Translations under genes and position numbers: made by a program
Notes under the pieces: model-generated
What the model was told of the DNA's origin: nothing
Database searches by the model: none
What the model saw: only the letters and a program-made list of their open reading frames with translations
Shown here: piece after piece, positions 34,749 to 45,062 of the stretch
Numbering within the stretch: the first letter of the stretch is position 1
How the letters are laid out: the number at the start of each line of letters is the position of its first letter
NCBI GenBank assembly: GCA_905178155.1
Contig: CAJINV010000014.1
Location: 1,167,858-1,231,857 of the forward strand
Length of the DNA: 64,000 bases
Direction: 5' to 3'
From: Amoebophrya sp. A120
Taxonomy: Eukaryota; Protista; Dinoflagellata

Positions 34749-36343
34749 GAGTAGACTACTGTCTTCATCTTGATACAGTAAAGCGAAGGCTGCACAGAAG
34801 GTAGCCGACGCGGACCGGAATCTTCTCCGCGCAACGGGCAATTGAAGAAAACAAATTGGTGGATTCTAGTCGATCCACGTGGAAGGTACTTATTTTTATT
34901 TCTGTTTTAGCGCATGCGCATCAGAAGTAGTGCCGTGGCTTTCTGTGTGTTTCTTTTCACGTTTAAGGTGAAGTTTTGAGTCAAGTGTGCAAAATTCCAA
35001 TCCTGCGCGATCTTGTTGATTCCTCCTCAGGTGAGGCGGTTCCTGTACGTGTACTACTTCTATCGTTGTAAGACGAGTCTTATGACGATAGAAGTACAGG
35101 GGCGGACAGTCGCACTCTTTACACGACTGCGACTGTCTACCTGGCCAGATCCGAAACACTGAAATCCACACAGCATCAAGGGAGCGCCTCCACCTGCACC
35201 ACGCCTTTGCGATTTTTTTTCCTGAAGCGATACTGTAGCGGTACATTAAGATCGAGATCGTCCTTCATCCTGGAGAGAATTGGCACTATTGCGGGCGGAG
35301 TGGGACAGTCTGTGGCTTTCAGTGAAACATGACTGGTTCTGAATTCGAGTTTTTTTCTACTAATTTCATTGTTCCTGTGTTTCTTGTATCATTTTTTTTA
35401 CATTATCACTTTCTCTACCGTCGAAATCGTATTCTGGATCATCTTCGAATTAAAAATTGAACTTCTACTGTAACTATGTGACTACAAATTTTTGTTTAAC
35501 TAATCGAAAACGTAAGTACTTTCTTGGCTTGTTTGATGTAGATGCACTATATTCCACTTCACCTTCAGGTGTAGCAAATTATTTACGAACTGAGGCATTG
35601 CTTTGCTTTTTCTTCCCATTGGACAATTAAATTTTTTTGAGGGTACTTCTACAAAACTGTTACACTTTCGTGTTGATTAGCTTGCAGGAAGGGGTATTGG
35701 GGGTTGATTTGGTTTTCAGAAAAGTGGCATAGCAATTGTTTGATGGTCCTATTGTCGATCTTTATCTTGTTGAAAAATGGTGTCGCCTAGAACTTGAAGC
35801 GAACTCGTTGAACGCAGGTTGTTCCCAAAAAAGATAAAAACTTATTTTTCCTACAAGTGTTTGTGATTGATTTCCATTTCGCGATGGTTACTTGTAAGTA
35901 AAGGATAGAAAATGTTAACCCAAGAAACCCTCGGTCATCCTTCCGACAGTTGCTCGGTGGTCTGACCCTCAGTGTCATGCAACAGAACTTCCGTCGCAAT
36001 TTCGGTCCTCTTTGGACCGTACATGGTGGAGGAAGAACTGCGTCGTCGGTTTTCAAGACCTGCCAGGTTCCAGGTGCAAGACGCTTTCCAGAGTGAGTGG
36101 AGCCTTTGGTGCTAGGACGGCACGACTCTCCTTCGGTCTTTGCTTCTGTCTTTTTCCGTAGTCGGATTTGTTTCTATTCTCCGAAGGTACTACCTGGTTT
36201 CGGTTGGAAATATGTGATGGAATGGTCGGTCGGAGGTACTATGGCGATGTGATTAGCATCGTACCGTCGTCGACGTCGTGTCCCAGCCCGGTAATTTATT
36301 CGCAATTTTTTCCATGAAACCACACACAACCACGATCACTAAG

Positions 36344-38356
36344 TGATATTTCAGCTGCTCTGGCACTTCCCCTTCAGCAAAACTTAAAAAAAAACTAACT
36401 CTACTGTTCGCCGGGACACACGCCGCCAGGGGCCCTGCGCTTGCCGGGACGGCCCCGCGGGTGCGTGGGTTTCCCGCCACCGCGAACCCAGCATGGCCGC
36501 CGACGGGGGCCGCGGCCGCTTCTTTTTTGTTCGCCCCGGCTTTTTTTTTTGCTGACTTTGCAGAAAAAATGCCCGGAAACGGGAAAAAAAGGGCCCCCCG
36601 AAAGCCCAGGCGCCCGGGGTGCCGGCCCCGCCAAAGGGGGCGGAGAGACCACTTCGCGCTTTTTTTTGCCGTTTTCGCAGTTTTTTTCGCGTTTTGCCGC
36701 TTTTTTTGCTGTGTTTTGCGTATTTTTTTGCGTTTTGCCGGGCATCATTCGAGCTCGCCGGCTCCCCCCAGCCAATGGCAGGCGAACTTGTTCTCCAACA
36801 ATTGGCGGGAGGAAACTCGACCGAAAACCGGGAAAACACGAAAAAAAGAAGCAAAACGCGAAAAAAAGCTGCAAAAAACGCGAAAAAAAGCTGCAAAACG
36901 CGAAAAAAAGCTGCGAAATCGGCAAAAAAAGCGCGGGGCGGTCTCTTGAAATTCCACAAGCAGCGCGCGCCTGTTCCGCGTCGCAGCCAGGCGGAACCTG
37001 GTTGCCACCTAGGAGGCCGAAGCTGGAGCTTACGCCAAGCCTACGTCGTTCGAACTGGGTGTAAAGATTCGGAGTAAAAATCTCCGGCAAAATCGGAACC
37101 GCGGGAAAAAAAATCTCCGGCAAAAGCTGGAAACGCGAAAAACCCTAAGTGGAATCTAAGTCAAACCTAAGTCAAACCTAAGTAAAACCTAAGTCAAACC
37201 TAAGTGAATCCGCATGGTATGGCCTAGGTTTCACTTAGGTTTCACTTAGGTTCCACTTAGGTTTCACTTAGGTTTCACTTAGGGTTTCACTCGGGTTCCA
37301 GTTTTTTTCACTTAGGTTTCACTTAGGTTCGACTTAGGTTCGACTTAGGTTCCACCTAGGTCTCATCTAGGTCTCACTTGGGATGGTTTTTCCGGATTTC
37401 CAGCTTTTGCCGGAGATTTTTACCGTCGAAAAAAGCAAAAAAAGTCGCAAACGGAAGAAAAAAAATCGCAAACGGAGGAAAAAAAGTCATAAACCGAAGA
37501 AAAAAAGCCGCAAACTGGAGGAAAAAAGGCGCCTCAATGCCAGGAAGTGGCGGCTCGGGTTCGTTGCTATCTTTGCCCAAACAAGAGGAAAAGTCGCAAA
37601 AGTTTCAGCCCCCGTTCGTGGGGGAAGGATGCAGCTGGCTGTGACCGTAGTGCCACCGTGTAAACGGCGTCGAGCGACGGCAGTAGGTGGGCAGCCAGTT
37701 TGTTCTCTCTCCCGCAGGCGGGCGCTGGGGCGCTATTTTGCAACTTTTCCAAAAGGGAGTGGAAATGTCGCAACAAATCCAGCTCCCGCGCGCGGGGGAA
37801 AGAACAAAATGGCTGCGGCCGTAGCGCCAACGTGTAACTAAGCGCTGGCTGCCACACGACGGCACTACGTTGGCAGCCATTTTGTTCTTTCTCCCGCAAG
37901 GGGGGGCTGGGGCTTGTGCGAATTCCCCAAAAGCAAGAGTAGCAAACGGCCCAGCTCTTCTCCAGTGCAAACGCCGCGCAAGGAATCTCATCGCGCGGTG
38001 TCTCTTTTTGTTCTTTGCCCCGCTATGTCCCTGATTCGCAGGCGCGATTTTGCGCCGAGCCGTTGTCGCGAGGTTCATTTGTGTTGGGTCTAGTCTATGC
38101 TGGTTGGCATGATGGAAAGAAGACCGATGGAAATGTGCAGAACGCATCAAAATGCCATCGGTCTACGTATGGCAACCCAACATAATCAGAACAGAGTCCA
38201 GATATCAATCGGCTTTTGGAGCGAAACACGAGGGGACTACACTTAGGAATCACTTAGGCCAAATGGTCCTTTATTGAGAAAGTCCACTAGTAATAAATGA
38301 TATTTCAGCTGCTCTGGCACTTCCCCTTCAGCAAAACTTAAAAAAAACCAACTCTA
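36344..38356. repeat. About 2-kb palindrome-rich non-coding segment bracketed by 60/59-bp direct repeats
   Basis: tgatatttcagctgctctggcacttccccttcagcaaaactt(a)nc(t/c)aactcta at 36344-36403 and 38298-38356. Inside: fold-back 36655-36935, head-to-head 11-mer arrays 37140-37380 within a 25-bp inverted repeat (37109-37133 / 37397-37421), and further inverted modules 37680-37940. Confidence 0.85.
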
Positions 38357-38641
38357 GAATCATTTTTATGTGTACTTACTATGAGCTTGAGCCAGCGCCA
38401 CAAATTATTGCGATGAGGCAGCCCCGATTTTTTCTTTGTGTGATGCAGGTTGCACCTCCACCTAGTGGCAGCAACTTCTCATTTTCATCACGTCTTGTAC
38501 TCAAGTCTAGGTAGTTGACAAGTGTGGCAAGGCGAGGCAGTCTTCCCTCTGATCAACGTGAAAGGTGCATCTCCGGTGCCCATCATGCTTCGTTTCTCCG
38601 ATCATGTTGTCCTCCGGCTCCAGCAAGGTCCTCGTACAACT

Positions 38642-40813
38642 ATGATCCGCCGCAGCAGTTCGAAGCCCGCCTCTGCTCCAACCAGGACGTCGGCGTCGCG
38701 ATTGCCGTTTGTCTGCCCGGCTCTTTCCTACTTTTTCAACTGTCGTGGCGCGCATGAACGACTGTTTTTCTTCTTTCTCCTACTCAGCTCCGCAGGAAAC
38801 ACCATCAGGGACATCTGGTTTTTTCAGGATGCAAAAAACCCAGTGAGGATGACACTCGGCGTCGAGGGAACGCGAACGAAAAGTTCTCGTGCGGACCTTC
38901 AAGATGAAGGAGTTGTCATCATTCTCCCAGACGGGGAAGAAGATGTTATTTTCCGCGATGACGAACGTTCGGAAAGAACTTCGGAAGATGCAGCGCGCGA
39001 AGCCGTGGAGGACGTCCCTTGGGATCAGGAGGATCAACTTGGCGGAACGAAGCGAAGACAAGGCGAGCTGTCGAAACGAGAGGACGGTCACGACGGCGAA
39101 AAGTTCAAAAATCCAGCGCAGTTCAGTACTAGAATAAGTGCGGTCGCAGTTGCAGGGGGTGGCAGTGAGAAAACATCAACAGCTATTTCCACATCGGGAG
39201 AAATATTGCCTCCCTCGACCCTGGTGGAAGAAGGGTGCATCGGCGGAGGTGGCGGCTCTAGTGCAGGTGGAGTGCTGTCTAGTACTACTCAACCCGCGCC
39301 AAAGCTGAAACCACCGGCTGCAACTCCGAGTACAACCGGAGTTGCCGGCGCACAACAAGCGGCAGTGCCAGCATCTGGGAGTTCCTCTGCAGCAGCAGCA
39401 GGGGCTGGAGCGATCGCGCATCAACCGGTACTGCAACCTGCAAGTCCTCCTGCTGCGCAGCAGCAGCAGCAGGGCCCGCAACGTGTAGCGGCGCAGCTTG
39501 GGGCGGTAGGTGGTCCAGCCGCACAAACACCCCCAATGGCGACGGGCGCGGCGGGTCAACATCAACCTGCGGCAGGACAAGTTGTGGCCGCATCCGCTGC
39601 GGCAGCAGCTTCGCCGGAAATTGGTCCAACGCAGAAAGCTGTGGAAGAAATGCAGCGAGAGGTGACTGAAGCGGTGACGAAGCAGATCAATCGGCCGAAA
39701 TTGGAGCTCGTTGACTTGCGATCCGGGACGGTACCGGAGAAAGAGGAAGAGCTTCGAGAAAATTTTCTAACGGCCATCGCGAAGCAGGCTGAACGTGGCG
39801 CGGACAAGAACAAGCTCTCGCAGTTGATTGCAAAAGCAAAAAATGAACTCGAGGCCTACGAGGTCTGGGTTATGCACGTGTGAAAAAAGTTGCATGCAGC
39901 TCTACACCGAGATGAGCGACCAACAGCAAATACTGAGTATTTTCGAAGAGAGGCAATGCTGTGGTCATGACCTCATGCATCACTCCACAGCATTCCTATA
40001 TTATTAAGTAAACGGAAAAACAAAAAACTGTGGTAGTGGTTCTGGACTTGGAGGTAGTCCCTTGCCTCGACTCTATTTCTCGGCTGTAGTTGGTCTGCTT
40101 CTTATTTTGCGGGTGTGCTGTGGCAGCGCAATTTTTTTTCCGGGATATCGCTAGCGGCCGCATTTCAGATAGAGAGGCTGGCGTTCCTTGTCCAGTTGGA
40201 GCGCGTCCTGCCGGACCGGGCGTCTGAATTTCGAAGCATTGCAATGAAGCAGCTGGACGGCGATATCGTGCCGAAACGACTTGCACTCTCGCGGGAGTGG
40301 CACAACATGCTGATCGACGATTTCCAAGCGAAAAAACCGGCGACTCAGATTGCAAACATAAGATTGGCCGCTCTACGGAAGACGGAGCAAGAGTTGGAGG
40401 CCAAGGCTGATGCGATCGTGGCAGAACTGGGCAGCGTTCAGGAGAGAGCTGACCCGTCTGCATTCCTCTCGTTGACCGCAGATCATGTAATTGATCGGCA
40501 ATCGCTCGCACAACTGGAACAATCGGCGGACGGAACTTGGAATGTGGACCACATTGAACCGATTGATCCAAAAAATTATGATGCGGAAGAGTTTTCGCGT
40601 GTGCCGAAAGCGGAGCAAGGGATTCTCAACAAGGCTGAATCTCCTGTCTTCTCTGACGAGAGCCAAAAAGCTGAAGCGCAACCGCAAGAAGATGCGCAGG
40701 GCCAGGGGAAGGACGAGGAAGACGAACTGAAGACCAAACGCGCTGCCGGCGAGCGGGGTGGTGGACGAGACGGGGTTGGATCGCCGGCCCGGCGCTTCCT
40801 GCAAACGGCCTGA
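38642..40813 (+). CDS. Hypothetical protein with N-terminal hydrophobic segment, Ala/Gln/Pro-rich linker and helical C-terminus (about 621 aa)
   Basis: Exons 38642-39862 and 40169-40813; GT-AG intron 39863-40168 joins ELEAYE|IERLAF in frame. Start codon uncertain. Confidence 0.75.
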
Positions 40814-41773
40814 GGGGCCGTGGTGGAAGGGTTTTTTTAACATAGCATTTTTGAAATATTAACTTTGTTTTGCATAAATCGAAATTTATTCCAAGTAAAA
40901 CTCGTGGAGCGCCATGGCCATGCAGTTTTTACGAAGTTGAAGTTGAAAAAGTTTGAGGTAAGTAAGGTAGTTTTACATTGTTTCCAGTCCTTAAGGGTAT
41001 TGCTATTGTAACGAATTTCATGAAGAGAAAACCGATCGATAAGAGCCATAATTGAAATGCAACCAACACCAAGTTTATTTGTAGATGGCATTGCAATTAC
41101 TTTACATTTACAGCCATCGAATTACATCGATGGAGAATTTGTAGGTAGACCTTTTTCGAAGCATCTGTAGCGATTGACACGCGCTTGCACCACGAGCCTT
41201 TCCCCTGAGCCTGAAAGGCACTCAAACTCTTCTTAACTGTATCGGCAGTAAAAAAGATATTTGGCTTTCTAGAGTGTGCTGTGTTCACCGAAGGCTTTTT
41301 GCTGCAGACCCCGAAGAGGAAAACCGAAAGAGGAGACGAGAGCGAAAATACAATCGTTTTGGATTACTTGACTAGTACGAGCGGAAAGATGGCACAATGG
41401 CCGGATCGGAACAAGTGAACAATTATGATAAAGAGTGAAGATACTATGTCAAAAAAAGACCTGCGCATCTGAGAGTAGCGCTGAACGCTGTTGGAGCGAT
41501 TTGTAGTGGAGGTTGCATCCTCGGGTCGTTTTACTTCATTGCTGTTCTACTCCTTTCGTCGATTGATCGATACATACTGCCTTACGCGAGACTATCGTAT
41601 TGCAGAGTCCGCTTTTGGGAGCTACGTGCTAGTCTGTAGCAACTCGAACTGCCACTGCCACAGAAAAAAATCTTATGGCGCCGTCTCGTCTATTGTGCTG
41701 AAATTCCACCTCCATTTTCACCATGCCGTAGTTTTTTTTTCTTGAAAGAAGAACCACTGGAACAACCGAAAAA

Positions 41774-42482
41774 ATGGACGTCACCAAGGAGCGCATTTAC
41801 TGCGCCGAGCAAATCAAGGTCCCAGATGACCTGCCTAACATCATGAAGGGTATAGAACGAAATTTCTTTTGCAGCTTTCTAGTCGAAAAACGTGATGAAA
41901 GTGCATGATTCTAACTACCTTTACTTTCATCTGACAGTCGTGGCAATATTACTCTTCTTAAATGTTGATCTTCAACAAAAACACAGACTACACCAAGGAG
42001 CTGATCAAGAGCAACCCGGTGGGCTATGAGTCGAGAATGAGACGTTACCTGCGTACAGTTGTTTCACATTGATTTTCATGCATGCTTGTATGACCGAACC
42101 CGAACCCGATGATAAAAGATGCCGAGGTTGATGTTCTTGCTCTGCCAGGACCAGGAGCAGGAGCAGGACCACACTACAATACTTATCTATGAGCAAGACC
42201 AAGACAAATGTGAAACTACAGTTGGTAAAGCTTTTTTCTCCCGCATACGAAGGGGGAGACCGGAGACGTTGCCAAGAAGAAGATCTACGAGTGGAGTCTT
42301 GAGTATAGTTTTAAACACGATTGATAAAAATTCTTCGCACGAGCGACGATGTTGGACTTCTGATGTCGGCATAATCTTCGCAAGCTGGACAATTTTTGTT
42401 ATGCGTAAACGCAAAACTTACGAATCCAATCCTGTCTAGGTACTTCAAGAAGAAGCTCGGTGAGAAGCCTATCGTGCCGTAA
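41774..42482 (+). CDS. Small RIIa (PKA dimerisation/docking)-domain protein, ropporin/radial-spoke-protein-11-like, 66 aa
   Basis: Four exons 41774-41849, 41987-42018, 42253-42302, 42440-42482 with GT-AG introns give MDVTKERIYCAEQIKVPDDLPNIMKDYTKELIKSNPGETGDVAKKKIYEWSLEYFKKKLGEKPIVP*. Matches the family pattern I(Y/F)CAEQI.(I/V)P..L..I.K.YTK..I...P......S..YF. Absent from the ORF track. Confidence 0.88.
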
Positions 42483-43379
42483 GCGGCACCATGATACCAG
42501 CCAAGAGGATGGCGTCAGAAAGCAGGATGAAAACAGGACGACAAGAACGGCGACAAAACGCTGTAGAAGAGGGTGCGCAGTGTATTTGGCGTAGCGGCGA
42601 GGAGACGGGACTGAGAGTAAGCACGACGTGCCGAGAGTTAGGAACAGAGCAGATGAAAGTACGATGACGACAAAAAACTGCTTAGCGGCGACACGTGTCG
42701 TTCTTGATGGTTTCTCTCTAACATGATTTCCTAGCCTAGATTCGTCTTCTTGTTGTGCTATGGTCAGTTGTCGTCCAGAATAAGAATTGCCATTGCTTTA
42801 TTACAATATTGACTTGAGAAGTACTCCGTGTCCGTACGCAAAAGACCAAAAGTCAGAGGGCTCTCTCTTCTAGAAAAGTTCGATGGAGCTTGACGTCACC
42901 CAGATGAATGTTGTGTTACCATTTCTTGTTGCAAAACAGAACTGCTGTGATTAGTTTGGAAGAAAATTAAGTATTTTAAAGAAAAATTGTCACCGCCAGT
43001 GACGATAAAATAAGGGAAACCGGGTTTGCCGGGAAGCTAGTGGACGGTCGACGACAAGAAACGCGTTTTGACGGCACAAAAAGATTGTTCACGTGTTTGA
43101 AGTGGTTTCACCTATTGAGGTGATCTTTTATTTTGCGCTTTTGCGAATGAGGTTTCATGGCTGAGAGCGCAAGCGGGAGAGGAAGACCTCTCTGCAAAAA
43201 GACCGGGACGAGCTAGTGTAGATGAGAGGGCGTTTGTTCTTTTTTGGTACTACGCACTGCTCTTTCTGCATGTTGATGTTCGTTTTGCTTCAAGTTTAAC
43301 CTCGACAAGAAATGCTGCGGAGTGTTGCTCCTTGTAGAAGCCAGGAACGAACAAGAAAATCAAAATCATGGCTCGTGCA

Positions 43380-44760
43380 GATCGGAGAGAATGCGTGTGC
43401 GGTGGCGGGGGTTCATGCCGCAGAGGAGCGGGCGAATTCTCTGCCGGGTGGGTATCCATCTCTGCCGGGCCAGTGTGCAAGCGGGTGCGGGCCGGTGCTG
43501 CCTTGCCTTCCCGGGCGGCTTCTGTGCGCCAGTCTTTCCACAGACTAGTCGCCGTCCTGGCTGCTGCAAGCAAGTGAGAGGGGGCAGCCGATGCCTTAGC
43601 ATCGGCACCCGAGGGAGCAGCAAGCCAGCCGGCGCGCTCGCTTGCATCAGCCTGCCCGCTGCCCGAGGCGCATGAACGGCCGGGGCATCGCCGCGCAACC
43701 TATGTATTACTTTCCTGCCAAGATCATTCACCGAGCGGCCCGCGTCCGGGCACATTCCGCGCCAGTTTCCGGCCGAGGTGAGGGCTCCGCTGACCTGGGC
43801 CGCGGGCCTGTTCGCCCTGGCCGAGGTGTGGGGCCTGCAGTTCGCTGGGAGCATTATGCGGCCCGTGGCGAACTGGGAAACCGGCGCAGTATGGTGCGTC
43901 CGGTGTGTCGCCCTGTTTGTGTTATTTTTCCCGGAAGAGATGAGCTCGCATGGCCGGCCCTGCTTTCCGTCATTCTTTCAGTTTCCTCTGAATCTACAAA
44001 AATAAGGCCACGCGCTCTGCGCTCCCAATCACCACAGCGCGCGCGCCACCTCGAGCCACCTTCATACTCGCAGCGCGCAGGCGGCTTGCGTTGCAAGCCG
44101 CGGCCGGGCGGGCCGTGTCGAGTTGCCCGGCTGTGGCCGCCCGCGTGCTGTTTTAGATAGCAGCCCGGGCGGGCACGCCACGAAACAAGTCGCACTTATT
44201 TTCTATTCAGCTTCGGAATCAGAATGCAAGAACGCCAAAAAGCGTTTGCGTGTGTTATATATAAGTAGCGCGGCGCGCTTTCAGCCTTGCGACCGCTCCG
44301 GGGCGGGCCCTGCGCGCTCTTTCTATTGGGCGCGCGGGGCCATCGTGGTCTTCCGTGCTTGCCTCCCCGGCCGGCGGCCTTGCTTCCCCTTTGGCGCCTG
44401 CTCGGCATATCCCCAGGCCTTGCAAGCGGGCTGCGCGCGCCGGCTGCCGGCGCGCGGGCTCATCCGCACTGGGGCGACGCGGCAGAGGCAAGTCGCTGCC
44501 CATTTTACAAATGTCTTCGGCGCGGGGATTGGCGGTCGCCGTAGCTCGTAATGCGCCCGCCCACGAAATGTTGGGCCTGTAACGTGGACCTCTTTTCCTT
44601 GGTCCCGCAATCGGTCGCTGAGTTTTCACCGGGCCCGCGTGTTCCTTCCGTCCAGACTTGCAGCATGCGTGCCGGTGCCGCAACATGCCGGGGAGCGAGC
44701 AGACGTCAGATGAGCAGAGAAGTGCCGCCGGCGCACGGTCGTCTCTGTGTGTTCGATGAG
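43380..44760. other. GC-rich intergenic island, probably repeat-derived
   Basis: Abrupt GC rise; Arg/Pro/Ala/Gly-rich ORFs in all frames with no coding bias; short similarities to 57170-58140. Confidence 0.5.
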
Positions 44761-45062
44761 TAGTGCCATGGTGCTGTGTCGAACTCCTGCTGATGCTACA
44801 AATGGATTGAGGGAGGTTCACCACTGACGTCCATTTTCTGTGCCTAGTTATTCCGGCCATCCGTGAGCGAGCAGTAGATCGATGCACCACCGGGACCTGG
44901 TGAGCGAAGAACGTAAGCGACCGACAGGCTGAGTGAACAGCTATCCATTTCCTTTGCATGATCAGTTAAGTTGTCTTGCGTCTGCTTCGCGTGTTGGTCT
45001 CTCTGTACAAAAGAACGACCAAAAGCACTACAATCAAAAAACGTGTTGCGCGATCATCTCCA

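Noticed and set aside
37140-37380. True telomere or chromosome end
   Set aside because: The unit is an 11-mer, not TTTAGGG; the arrays are short, internal and inverted, with genes on both sides.
36384-37841. Lys/Arg- or Phe-rich ORFs of 150-240 aa that resemble basic nuclear proteins
   Set aside because: Open in nearly all frames because of A/T-tract palindromic repeats; no coding signal.
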